Shown piece after piece: positions 36,901 to 49,900 of a stretch of DNA of 64,000 nt. Every line of letters begins with the position of its first letter. Position 1 is the first letter of the stretch. Position numbers and translations under genes: made by a program. Where the stretch lies: NCBI GenBank assembly GCA_000708835.1, contig DF237176.1, positions 62,001 through 126,000 of the forward strand, written 5' to 3'. Under the pieces are notes generated by a model, which saw only the letters and a list, made by a program, of their open reading frames with translations, ran no database searches and had not been told where the DNA came from. Source of the DNA: Klebsormidium nitens (Eukaryota; Plantae; Klebsormidiophyceae).

Positions 36901-39900
36901 AATTTCTTTCCCCCCTCTTCTTATCTTGGATCGATCGGAAATGAATCATATGACTTCTGACCCCTTCCCTTCTGATATGCGCAGGTGATGTCACCCACAC
37001 ACGCGGCGCTGGAGGTCGGGGCGGTCGCCGGGAACCCGTTCGCGGAGAACATTGTGCCGCGCTTCGACGACTCGGACCTCTCGGAGGGCGACGACGAGGC
37101 GGAGCAGGAAGAGGCGCTCAAGAACTGGAAGGTCGCCCCGCAGGCCATTGCCGGTGAGGATTTCGAGCGCTGCGGTTTGTGTTGTTTCGAAAGACTGCGA
37201 GATTGCCTTCACGCCTTGCAGAGAAAAATTTGCGAAGCTAGCGGAAATGTGTTGATTCTTTGATTCTCCTCAGAGTCGAGTACGTCCTTGGCTAAGCAGC
37301 TGGTTCTCGTACTACCCTTCGGCTTTAACAACCAAACCGCGGTTATGTGACCCAACATGTGGTTCGTTTCACGAGCATAAAAGTAAGCCAAGAAGCGGGG
37401 CTCCTGAGACCCCCGGAACTATGAACGTAATCCGAATCCTAACCAAGGGACACTGGTAGCCGACAAACTTCTGCTTAAGACCAACCCACCACAAACCCTC
37501 GTTTCCAATCATTAAGCAGGCCAGAATTTCTGGGTTTCCGTCTGCGCGTCATGGTGGCACGTGCCCCCTGGGGCGAGCCTTTGGTAACCATCTTTTTGAC
37601 ACTAACTCGCTCTAAAGTAACCCGCCACAAACCCTTTCTTCCCAGGCATCAAGCAGGCCAAGAAGCTGGGTTTCCGGCTGCGCGTCATGGTGGCTCGTGC
37701 CCCCTGGGGCGAGCCGGTGGTGACGAAGATGGTGGCGGGCATCGGACGGCTGAGCGCGCCCATCAACGGCTCAAACACGATCCCGATCAGCTTCGACGCC
37801 GTGCTGGAGCAGTGGGGGATCGTGACGGTGGAAGGGAAGCGGAAGGTCACGGATACGATATCGAACGAGGCGGGCCGGGTTATGAAGGTGGGTTCGGTCG
37901 ATCCTGCAATTTGCAGGTAGTTAAGCCGTACACATTGAAGCTGTGAATGCTGCTTGGACGAATGTTTAGCGTTGTCAAGATGAACTAGGTGATTTCAAGT
38001 TTAGGGGCCCACTCTTGTGCAAGGGAAAGCAGCCAAAGTCGTAGCGTAATCGCACTGAAAGAGTTGACAGATCTGGTCGGATAGTCGGTAAGGATTGGGA
38101 AGAGCTGGGCACGCTTTCTAAGCGGTAACAACAATTTGTGTGAAACCGAATGACTCTTCAAAAGTGCTGTACAGTTCTTTCTTTGCTTCTCAAAGAGTGA
38201 AACAAGCCGCACTGCAGAGAAACAAAGTTCAGGAGCATTCCTACCGCGCCGATTGACTTTCACTTTTGTTTTCAACCGGATCAATATTCGATATGCGCAG
38301 GCAATCATGGACTACGAGGCTGGGATGCCGATCGAGGAGCGCGGCGGCGCCAACTGCCAGACGGACCTCATCGGAATCGACTTCATCGTTACGCCTACCG
38401 GAACCGGAATCATGCCGTACGTCATTGAGGTGAGGAGTGACTTCAGCTTTTAGATTCTTTCCTGTTGGAAGACCTTCATTGGCCTTCATAAGTCAGCGTA
38501 AGCTTGATGAAGCGGATTCTCATAACGAAGCGGCTTTGATTGGCTCGTCCTTGCCATGATGCTTTTAGAACACGCAAAGTCTTTGGAGAAGCGCACCTCA
38601 CAAGAATCACTTTCGTGAAGAGACAAGGTTTGAAGACTTGGGCTTCGAGTCCTCGGGCTTCAATCTGTACAAGCTCAGCCAAAACCGACCGCTCAACCCC
38701 TATGCCTGTGACGTCAGATTTTTTAGCCCCAAGCCCCAAGCTCGAAATGCTAAAACGCGCGCCCGCCCTCCCCGCAGGTGAACGACCACGACTGCAGCCT
38801 GCAGGCGCAGCAGCTGGAGTGCCTGCTGCCGGAGACGCGCTTCGAGAGCGTGCGCTGGTGGGTCGCCACCATGATCTCCCGGTCCGAGACGTACCTGCTG
38901 GGCGGCCGGCGCATTTTAGTGGTCGGGGCAGGTGAGCCGCGGCGACCAGATCGGATTGTGAAAAATGGTATTTCGACGGTTGTCGGGAAGGTCGTTCGGG
39001 AATAAGCTAGGAAGTATGGCCCGACTGTACGGGCAGCGCAAAGGTGAGGCCGTCAGCGTCGCGAGAGAGGAGGTATCAAGTTTTGCCAGCTTTCAGATAT
39101 TTGAACAGGCAACCTGCTTAGGTGATTAACACTCGTGTTCGGTCGACACATGATTCTGTCGAGGCTATTGTCAAAGAATGCGTGCATCACTGTAGCATTG
39201 CGGGTGCGAAAAATCTCAACGTAGAGCATACGTCTCACTCTTTTCTTTCACCGGGCTGAAACACGCTGCAAGAATGGCACGAGTAGTGGAGTGATCTAAA
39301 ATTGGTCGTCGCGCGCTCGCAAGTTTTGCAACTCGCTTCAAATTTCAATCTCTTGTTTCAGGGGGGTGGAGCAAGCGATGGGTGTGGGGGGGGTCCCGCA
39401 AGCTGGGCGTGCAGTGGTACTGGTGAAACATTTGACAAGCACTCTGCGCGCGCGCTCAAAAGCTCTGAAGAAACTGCAAGTCTCAAATGTATCCACGTTT
39501 TCTTTTCAGGGGGGTGGAGCAAGCGGTGGGTTTGGGAGGGGTCCCGCAAGCTGGGCGTGCAGGTGGTGCTGGTGGAGGAGTTCGACACGCACTTCGCGCG
39601 CGACCTTGCTGACGTCTTCATCGCCTTCCCGGGGCTCAGCGACCACACGCGCGACGAGGAGCACGCGCGCAGAATCGTGGGCGCGCTCAAGGTGAGCGCG
39701 TTTGGGGTCAGAAAATAGGATTATGAGAGGAATTTCAAGGGTTTTGGGAGCGTCTTTTTGGATTCGCGTCTTGACGGGGCTGAGCAACCACACGCGCGAC
39801 GAGGAGCACGCGCGCCGAGAATCGTGGGCGCGCTCAAGGTGAGACGCGGACGCGCGCGCGGCGTCGCACTCTGGTAGTTATGCAAAGGTTTTCGATGCGC

Positions 39901-42900
39901 TTTTGCAGGCGCGAGCAGTATCGCGGCCGCGCTCATGGTGATGCGCGCGCAAAGTTTTGGGTCAGGTTTAAGGTTAAGTTACGTTTTTGATAAGGTTACG
40001 AAAGGCTTGTGGGTGCGCTTTTGACCACACGCGGGACGAGGAGCACCCGCGCAGGATCGTGGGCGCGCTCAACGTGAGGCGCGCTACAAAAGTCCAGGGA
40101 GTTTGCGTTTAGATGATAGGATTCTGACAAGTTGATGGTCGGGCGAGACTGGCTGCAGTTACGGCCTTCGACGGCTTTGAACAGTTCGGGGAAAGGGCTA
40201 AAGATTTTCTCGACTTCTGCGGCAACGTGTCGGCGAGCTTCAGGAAGACAGAGAAGGGTTTATCAAAGTAGGCTGGAGAATTGTGGAGGATACGTTTCAA
40301 TGGACGCAGATGTAAGGTTTTACTAGCCCAATTCTGTCATATACTGCCTTTCTGTCAGTCTAACCTGCTTTCAGCCACCTTTCAGCCTGAACGTCTGCAC
40401 AGAAGTATGGCGACGTCAGCCTTTGTGAACCGCCTAACGTTCGCTGAATGAATCTCGTTCCGTTCCTTCCTCGCAGGAGCGGCAAATCACCGTCGAGGGG
40501 TGCCTGACCTTCTGGGAGGACTGCGGCCCGCTGGCGAGCCTGGTGACCAATCTCTTGGGGACACGTGGCAACAGCTTCTTGGCGCAGAGCCTGGCCAAGT
40601 CCAAGTTCCGGACGCAGGACACGCTCATGAAGGACAACCGGGAGTACCAGCACAAGCCCACCACGTCGTTCTTCGCGTCGAAAGTGAGCGCCTCAGAGTC
40701 GCTGTATGGATCTTCGACACGCAAGCCAGTGTTGGTCTCTTCCTGTCTCAACTTTCCAGTATCCTATTTCAGAAGCAGTGTTGTTGCGTGTTGAAGGCAA
40801 TCATGGGCGAGATACTCGAAAGGTACAAGTCGACCGATGACACTAAAACTAAATCTCGAAACTAAATCTCGAGCGCGCATGGAATCCATCCTCACTCACT
40901 CATCAGCATCTGGAGGAAGTTCAAATCTCAAACAACCCATGAGGGAATCTTATGCTTTCATATAATTCACGGCTTTTAATCTGGGACGCTCAACTCCTCT
41001 TTGCAGGCGTACAGATTACAATCCGAGGCAGATCTAGAGCGCGCGTGGGAGGACCTGGGGGGCATGCCGGCTGTGCTGAAGCTCGAGTACGGCTCTTCTG
41101 CGTGCGGCGTCGTTTTGGTGGCCACGAAAGAGGACGCGCTCGCAAAGTTCCGGCAGATCCGGTCGGAGCTCAGCAGCGAAGGGGATCACGGCGGCGTCGG
41201 GCTGGGCTTCGGGTAAGGATCAATAGACCTGAAGTTTGATTTCGTTCGCGTCTCTCCTCTTTACTCTGCGCAATCAACCTCAACTGTCTCGTTCGATTCC
41301 CTTTGTGTTTGCTTTTACTGAAACTTGGAGCTCAGCAGAAGGTAAACAAGGCGGCGTCGGGCTGGGCCTCGGGTAAGAGCAAATGTCTCTGCCTTTTTTC
41401 CAATTTTGCCTGATTTTTGGGTCGTTTTTGAAGTTCCTTCCTTTCATCTCTTGTTCTTTCTTTGCTTCTCCGAGCTCAGCAGCGAAGGGGACCACGGCGG
41501 CTTCGGGCTGGGCTTCGGGTGAGAAGCTGAATCCACCTGTTTCCTGCTATTTTATGTTCCCCCTCTTCCGTTCTTTCTAGCTTCTATTGTCTCGAATCTA
41601 CTTCGGCTGTTTTGTGCAACTCTTAGAGAAGGGTTTACATGATTCACGGCGGCGTCGAGCTAGCATTGTCTCGAAGTGTTATGTATTTGTAGGAAGATCG
41701 CGAGGAACTCGCAACGTAGATTGGCTGCCGTTCAGATCTACCTTGGCTCGACTGATTCCCTGAAACCTCCAAGATGCTAAATAAAAGAATTCGCTCAATT
41801 CTTGTCCCCTTCTTCATTTCTTTGTCGCCACCGCAGAAGTCCGAACAAAGTCGCGCTCAATCCTTCCGACCTTGGTTGCACGATCCTTTACCCCCGTTGG
41901 TCTCCCTTAAACGGCACTGAACCCGCTGAATTTCTTCCTAAACCCCTCGCTAACCCTCATTCCGCAGGTCGTCTCTCGTGTTGATGGAGTTCATCGAGGG
42001 CAGCGAGCATGACGTGGACATCGTCATGTATGACGGCCAGACTGTGGCCGCTTTCGTCACCGACAATGGGCCCACCCGCATGCCCTACTTCAGTGAAACC
42101 GCTGCCGCCATGCCCAGCCGGCTGCATCGGTAAGCGGATTTTGTAAGCAACGTTTCAGGGGTTGAATAAACCCGATGCCAGGGCTTAGAGTTTGACCCGT
42201 TGCAAAGCGTAACTACTTTTAAATGCGCCCACCGGTAGCTTGGGCACGTCTCAAGCTTACCAAGGAGATAGTGGATGATGGTTCCAATCCCAGCACCCTC
42301 ATGAGCTCTTCTTGCACCCAATCAATTTAAGATTAGTGCGAGCGTCTGGCTCTCAGATATCGAGGTCAAAGAAAAGAGTCTTTCTTCTTGCTCATGTCGC
42401 CATGAAATTTTTGCTCAAAGTTCTGGAGATCTTGCAAGTGTGACTATACAATGCTCCGAGTTCCGGAGATTTCCTTGTCGGTAATCTCCTTTTATTCCTT
42501 TGCTTATTTCGCAGTGATTAGTCGAGACTTCCTTACCCTAGTTCTCGCTTCTCGCTCCAGGGACAAGCAGATGGTAATGGTTGCCGCGGCCGCGCAGTGC
42601 TGCGCGTGTCTGGGTCTGCAGAACGGCGTCTTCAACGTCGAGTTCAAAATGACGGGCATGGGGCCCAAGCTCATCGAGATCAACGGCCGCCAGGGGGGCT
42701 TCTATATCCAGGTAAAGCAACCCCCCCCCTGAGCTAAAAAAGGTGCAGAACCCAATACACCGCACTCTGCCCTGAGAAGACCGTTTGGGTCAGCGGGCGC
42801 CTTGAAGCCGGGGGGCTTGGATTGGTTACAAGTTCAAAGCGCAAAGTCAAGTTTTGTTGGTTTTGGCTCGAGATCCCCGACAGTCCATCATCTTCGCGTA

Positions 42901-43787
42901 TTGCAATTAGGTGTATCCCGAAGATTGACCTGTCTTCTACGCCTTTGTAATGAGGTTACTCTGCCCATTCGACCTAACCCCTCCTATCCCATCTTCTCTT
43001 CTCTTTCAGGACTGGATTGAGCGGGTTTGGGGCGTTAACCTGCTGAAAGCGAACATTCTCGTCGCACTCGGCGTGCGGCCGTCCGTCTTCCCGGCGCCCA
43101 AACCGCGGACCCACATTGTCGGCCGGATGATCTACAGCTCCGTGTGCTCGGTAAGTTCCCCCGGGCCCTTTACTCGCCCTTTCACAGACTGCTTCTTGTG
43201 CCCGCTTTATTGATGTGCAGGGTACACTGTGTGCTTGTTTGGGAATCACGCGGGGAAAAATCACGCTCACTATTGTGCCCCAACGTCGGAAAGTACCGTT
43301 TGGCGGAGCCTCATTGATGAACGAGATGAGTCGCCTCGAGCTTTGCACTTCCACCTTACATATCATACAACCGGCTTCGGAGAACTTTTTCCCTGCTTTA
43401 TTGAGCAATCTGCAATAGGAGACTTTGAAGGTTGTGGTGAGCTCTGTTCCAATCGTAAGTATCTCCACTAGCATCGTCTGTGACTTGGCCAAATGAACAG
43501 CCCCCGCGACTCGTTTTCGATACGACATCTCTTCCCCGCAGAACGCCCTCAAGACGACGTGCACCGTCGAACGCCTGCACGAGCTGCACAACCAGGGCGT
43601 CATCGTTCTGAACCAGTTCGAGCCGACGGTTCCGGAGGTCGAAGAGTTCGAAGAACCATTCGCGAGCGTGGGAATAAAGAGCGCGAGCAAGGCGGGCGCA
43701 AAGCAGCAGCTTCAGGCGCTCTGGAGCATTTTGGGTTTGGAGGATAAGGACCCCAAACCCTGCGGCTGGTATCTGAAAAACCTGTAA
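33905..43787 (+). CDS. CARNS1: Carnosine synthase 1-like protein with tandem ATP-grasp domains, 15 exons, ~1016 aa
   Basis: Exons 33905-34269, 35142-35350, 35808-35999, 36395-36690, 36985-37153, 37646-37887, 38301-38429, 38778-38931, 39510-39691, 40477-40683, 41007-41212, 41968-42129, 42561-42711, 43010-43150, 43542-43787; all phases join (3051 nt). Motifs recalled from vertebrate CARNS1, in the same order: ILVVGAGGWSKRWVW, HTRDEEHA, GCLTFWEDC, LKLEYGSSACGV, DHGGVGLGFG, LMEFIEGSEHDVD, AAFVTDNGPT, GVFNVEFK, LIEINGRQGGFY. Confidence 0.88.
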
Positions 43788-44532
43788 ACCCTGGGCGCGG
43801 AACGGCGGCCGCGACGGCGGCCGCGTGTACGAGAGGCGGAAGAATTCAAAGAATTGAAATGGGGTTCGCGTGAAGAAAAAGAAGCGGGTTAAAGGAAGTA
43901 CTTGGAAAGTTTCGAAGTTTTTGAGAAGCCCAAAACAAATAACTGATCAGGAGAGGCACGCGTAGGCTTAAGATGAAATGCAGAGAGGTAGGACTGCGAC
44001 TATGGAGACGGAACTAGAGACGCGTTGTACAGCTAGCAGAATCGAAATGATGAGCGCACTTCTGTACAGCACAGTTGAGAGGGATCACCGTAGACAGATC
44101 CGCATCAGCCGCTACCGTTCTTTATTTTGGTGGGATCGCAGCCCAGGCGTGGGCTTCTAGCGCGCTCTTGAAAGATGAGCAGACGTCAGAATAGACAATC
44201 TCGTCACTATATGCGCTTAGTTGGCATAAGAGAAGCTGCCTTGAACAGACTCAATTTTTTTGACCTCACTCAAGCAGAACAGTCATTCGACTTTGTTTCT
44301 TTCGGAAATCTAAACGTCCACATCGCTGGAATCATGGACATGTAACTCAGAATGTGTGACAAATTTACGGTCTTCCAAGATGACGTTTGCCATTGGTTCA
44401 CGTCACTCAGCTCGTCCCACTTATCGATAAGAAGTGTTGAATGACCATTTCGCCCTCGAATTCGATGAAATGAGCGCACAAGAATTTCTGCGTGCAGTGA
44501 TTCTGCAAGCACCGTCTATCAAAGTTGACGAT

Positions 44533-45470
44533 TCAGGTTAAATCTAAGCCATTCAAATCCAAATTCGAATCCTCACGAAGTTCGTCGTCTCCAAGGTTAT
44601 CATGGTGAGCTGTCTTTTTGAACTGATCTCAGACCTGAAGTTGAAGCAAGGTAGACATGATAAAGCCCCTCGGTTCTAACGACACCAACATTGTTGACCA
44701 GTCGAATCCCAAACAGATTTCATCGTCTATTGTGACTCTGTGTTTACAACTCTCCGTGATGTCCGGTCCGATCGAAGGAATTGGTCTTGTTGAGACCGTT
44801 TCTCTTTGAGGATTGTTGTGAGCTCCGAATTCCGGAGCACGTTCACCGGAGCCTCGCGAGTCGAAGTTAGCGGACATCTTAATGAGGCATACCCCAGGAG
44901 CTCCATGATCATGTAGCAGCTATGAAAATGTTATTCAAGTCAATCAGCTCACTGTTTCAGCTTCGTGAATGTAATACTCAATCGACTAGTTAAAGCTTCT
45001 GGATATCAACCAATCAACCGGCTTCAGTGCGACATTGAAGCCCCATTTGACCGGACTCCTTGGACTCATCCAAGTCAGTAGCCAAGATCTCGACACTGAA
45101 TCGCACATGAGTTACAGTATACTTTGTTTTCTCTCAGGTTTTGAGTTGGAAGATAGTCTAAAGTTTCGCGATCGGTCCCTCTATCATGGCAGCGGAGCAA
45201 ATAAGAGCTCTTCTGTCCATGAAAGAGAGCCTTGTTGCAAAGCAGGCAGCCACCCAGTGCGCGTGCATGGGATTTTTGCTGCTGAGACGGTCTACAAATT
45301 TTGGCGCAGTTGAATGTACGTACCTACGCACGAAGGCCAAATACTCGTTCAGTCTCTTTGGCAAGCAGAATTACAGAGTACATTCGATTGTTACAAATTC
45401 TGCTCTTAGACTGGTACAAAGCATTCTCGTGCGTACATCTTCACCGTTCATCAAAGTGTTCTTTGCATTC
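44533..45470 (-). CDS. Possible unannotated spliced gene of unknown function (3' exons only)
   Basis: Four phase-compatible GT-AG exon candidates 45470-45437, 45355-45324, 44877-44748, 44622-44533 give ..NAKNTLMNGED RLNEYLAFVRR CPLTSTREAPVNVLRNSELTTILKEKRSQQDQFLRSDRTSRRV FKKTAHHDNLGDDELREDSNLDLNGLDLT*. No family recognised, two acceptors are weak (AAG), and the 5' end is ambiguous. Confidence 0.3.
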
Positions 45471-46001
45471 CTGCACCATTTGAAGTTCGAGCTTGCATTT
45501 TGGGTGATATCAACATAACGTTTGTGACTATCAGTAGCTAACAACTTACCTTGGGTCACCCAACGTGGATCGAGAGACTCTCGAGGTCTGTCTTGGTCAG
45601 CGTTGGACTCTGTCGCCGCACGGAGCGCCCCACGTTGTCTTTGACGAACGTGCGTAACCAGTAAATCTGTCGCAGCGGAATGTCAAGAACGAAGATCTGG
45701 GTGCATGGACTGGTAAATGAGGTGGCCGACTTTTCGTTTTTCAGTTACTCAGGTACAGGAAGAGAATTCAGTCTTCTGCGGATCAACTGTGATCCTTTGG
45801 CACGTGCTTGGCTTGAACGTCCGCATATCCAGTTGTGACGAGTGGCAGAAGAGCATGCTGCAGCAGATCAGTCCCCACTTTATCTGCTCTCGTTAGTAGA
45901 TGCTGACGTCATCTGACATGTGTCTCCAAACAGAGATTTGATTGGTTCACGGAAACGACAAGAAAGCTTTGTCAGCAAAAGTAGAACCGAAACAAGGCTT
46001 A

Positions 46002-46492
46002 GGGGCTATTCGCATGCCACCGCTATCGCTACATTATCGCTACATTCTGGCGGAAAACCGAGAAAATTACCATCGCATGCACCCTTTTCCGCTTAAACCA
46101 AAACTTTCGCACGCACGGAATCCCGCTACATTGTAGCGATTCCGCTAAATTGTATAACCGGCCATATACATTCTACAGATTGTAGCGGGTTCCGCTAAAA
46201 GCCGCCGTGGCACATCGAACGGCCACGATTCAATAAAGTTTGTACCCCTCCCTCGCCTGCCAGCCTCCCAGGCTCTCCGAGTCTGTTTCCAGCGGGGCTG
46301 GTCCACCCGGTGTCCGGGACCGGCCGGCCGGCCGTGCACGTGGAGCTCCGGAATCCCGGAGGTTTGCGGTAATGTCCAATTCGCGGAAAGGCATGCGGCC
46401 GCTGTTCCGTTACCCGGGCTCGGATGAAGAGTTCCGGGTTCCGCTAAAGCCCCGTTAAAATTTTAGCGGAACGGTGGCATGCGAATAGCCCC
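46002..46492. mobile_element. Tourist-like (PIF/Harbinger) MITE, 491 bp
   Basis: 21-bp perfect TIRs GGGGCTATTCGCATGCCACCG (46002-46022) and its reverse complement (46472-46492), flanked by TTA at 45999-46001 and 46493-46495. Repeated internal CCGCTA motifs. A TTA/TAA TSD is the established PIF/Harbinger signature. Confidence 0.9.
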
Positions 46493-46964
46493 TTACAAAC
46501 TCTAGAAGGGTTTTCCTAATCAACCCCTCGGGAAATGTGAAGCAGGCGCATGCTCCAAAGCAATTGATGACTCCCGCATGAATGTGCGGGCCTGGGGTGA
46601 AGTTAGGCGAAGCGCAATCCGAGGAGGGGCCAGAAAAACGACAAAACTTCAATCGAGGTGTTGTGTGGTTCTCTTCTCTTCCGCGAGTTATTCGTTCGTC
46701 AAGTCTTCACGTAATTATAGATCTTAGCTGGCACGGACTTTGTAGTAAGATTCACGAGAGAAGCCCACATGCACTCTTAGGGCGCACGCCAAAAAAGCTG
46801 ACTGGAGACGTGACCACCCGTGCGGAGAAGATATGCCGCTCGTCTCTCGCGTGCGGCTTGGGCCTGCGCTCCAGATTCCTTAAACTTGCAAGAAGCTGCC
46901 TCCTCAAAGACGTTGGATCCAAGCAAACCAAGGATCTTCTTCCTGCGCGGTTTGCAACAGGCTC

Positions 46965-49900
46965 ATGAAAAGGTCATGCTTAGGGCGCCCTTCGTGTACG
47001 AGCGCGAGGAGAGAGGAAGCAAGGAGCAACCTGGAGCTTTGCCTGGGGGGGGGTTGCAACATCGAATTTTGTCAAAGGCACGGAGAAGAGTTGAAGTGGG
47101 AGGCGCACATTTGCTTCCGATCCTTTTTAAGCTTTTCAGTGCTTCGATTGACATCCTTCCCTACTACGGAAAGAGAGAATCTATTTGAGAAGCTCTGAGC
47201 ATCTTTTCAAGGGTTTGTTTGGCACGGGAGCATCTTGCCATGGGAGTTCTTGCCCAGCAGTGCTTCAACCCTAACTGCCGAAGGAGGTCCCCTGGGGATG
47301 GACCGTGAGCAGAGTCTGCCAATTGAACCTCTCATTTCTTGGGACCAAATCATAGTCATGATGATCTCCTTGAAGCAAGGTTTTGATTTGGAGGGAGGAC
47401 TTTCAGTGTTTTCAAGTCGTTGCATTGTGGCATCCTTAGTTGCGATCCTGAGCTGTTTGTCATTCAAATGAGCTTTCTTCCTTCATCCTTCTTGGAGGAA
47501 GTTCAGTTCTGTCTGCAATTATTTGGATGCTGGATACAAATGTTACTGTGACGTGCCCTCTACTTCAGAGCTTCGTGGGGCTTACTTTTGCTTCCTTGCT
47601 GTGCTCCATCATCTATAAAGTTCTTTGCTTCAATGTCAATACAAGCATCTCAACCTTGCAAATTCATCTGATTCAAGTCTGATAATTCCCGGCTCTTCCA
47701 ATCTAAAAGTTTGAAAAATATATGCATCTTGGAAATAAAATCAATCCAGGGGTAGTAATCTTTTTTCAAAAAGATTGGGGTTGTCTGGTGTCTCTCTTCA
47801 TTTAATCAATTTTCGAATTGAGAATTTACTTGGAACAACCTTACACCAGACTCCGCATTTAGTAACGCCAAAGACATATCGATTCTCTTGTCGTAAATTT
47901 CAGGTACCGAATGGAAGTAACTGTAGCACTCTCCCGACTTATTCTTCCATTGGTGCACTGTTTGCTGAAACGATCGCACAACCGCAGCCCTAACTTCTAA
48001 AAGTTCAATGTATCTTTCTGACTATCTTCAAGTCACAGCGCCAGGATTTGTACCCATGCATTGTTTTTAGACATCCTCCTGGATTCGTGCAGAAATATAC
48101 CCCCTATCTCTGCAGCACTTGCCGATGGCACGTTCGAAACTACGGCTCTGAGGAAGAGCCGCAGAATGTGACTCTCTGCAATGCGTGCAAGATCAACTTT
48201 GACCAGGTGAGACGCCTTGCATCCAGAACCTATCGCAGGTCTTCAAAGTGATACTGGAAACCAGAGCTGTCCTGAGGCCAGCAGCGTTATCCAGGGGGGA
48301 ACTCTATAACATCTCGATTTCAATGCAGAAGCATTTCTCGTTCTCTGCAACTTTGAGGAACTGGGATGGCATTGAGCGAGCGAGCTTGAAGGCAGGATTT
48401 TGGCTGCTGACGGATGAGGAGCTTCGTATCAACATGAAAGAAGCTTCGAACGCAGAAGCCCCTGACAAGACTGTCTTTCTCTCGACCGTTTCACTTTTTT
48501 CAACACGAATCTTTTCAATCCTTTGCGAACCGCCGCCATCCACTAATTCCTTGAACTGCAGAGGAAGTACTGCCCTTACTGCGTCCAGATCTACCGGGAC
48601 AAGGACCCGGACAACTTTGACGGCAAAGAGGTGAGCAACATTCCGACAATGTAAGTCTCAGATAGATGTCTCTGATGAAGGAGAAACTGAAGCACTTCGG
48701 TCGGCATGCTGCAACCAATTGGAGTGGACTAGTGTCTACGATCGCAGCCAGGTACAGAGCACCACCTGGTTTCAAGGATTAAGCCACCTTGCATTCTTTA
48801 TTCTCAATTATTCTCGATAATGTGAACAGATACGAGATTATGATGCTGACTGTTCCTTTGCTCTTCAAAACAGTGGCGCGGCTGCGACACGCGCAGCTGC
48901 CGACGGTGGGTCCACGTTGAGTGCGAGGAGACGGCCGCCGGGGGACCGCTAAACCCTCGCGAGGTTTACATCTGCCCCACGTGTCAGCAGGTGAGGAGAG
49001 GCGCGCGGCAGCATCCCGACGAGTCCAAGTCTTTCCTACTTCTCAACCGGAAGGGCTCAGTTCTCGCAAGAATCAATCTGCGGTTGCAAACTTCTGGAGT
49101 GCAGAAATCTAGTTCAGATCACGTGCTTCAATGTGAGGAGACAGCCACCTGCCTCTTGGAGCAGTCATGTTCTGGGTCACCAGATCCTCAAATGTACGAC
49201 CTGTTTGAAAGCAAACTCTTGTTGATAAACCTGAAGATGTTCAACCTGCGCTCCAAATTGTAGCGCACGTTTGGTACGAACATCCTTGGGCGCCTCCTCG
49301 TTGTCGCGAATCTGTGACCTCTTTCTTTATCAGACGTTTCCTCTTACTCATATCTTTCTTCTCAGTATTATCTTAGCCCTACCTATTGTATCTTCTTCTT
49401 GTTTCTATTTCGACTCCGTCAAACTTATAGCGCACTCTACGCAGAACAAGTGCGCGACGCGCAAGCGCGACAAGCGCCCTGCGCGCAGCTCGATCAGCCC
49501 GCGCTCTTCGCTGCACTTTCCGGCGGCGTTCAGCAGCGACGAAGGAGGGAGCCGAGCGACCGGCGCCCAACGCGCGGACTCCGAAGAGGTGACGTCTCCT
49601 TCGAAGCTGACAGAAGGGCATGAAAATGAGAAACTCAGTTCTCATCTGAGAGCGCACCTGAAGCTTGTTTCAGAATCGTATCGCCTACCAGATCTGGGAC
49701 GGCGCTTTTGGTGACAAGGCCTCGACCGGACGGTCGATCTTCTCTGCCAAAGGAACAAGGATACTTAGTAGCGAGTCGTGGCACGCTTCTGTGCATCGTA
49801 GAATGAGACTTTGACGGGACAAGTATGACCACTTAAAGGAAACGTTTGCTGCGCCATGCACTTGATTGTCGCGGAGCTTTCAAGTCAGTGACGGCGATTG

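Noticed and set aside
16626-43787. Biosynthetic gene cluster linking the membrane-protein array to the CARNS1-like ligase
   Set aside because: The only evidence is adjacency; the small proteins are not recognisable transporters or enzymes and no other pathway genes are present.
48874-48990. Suspected frameshift in the G-run of the PHD exon
   Set aside because: A recount gives five Gs (GCC GGG GGA CCG CTA), so the frame is intact.
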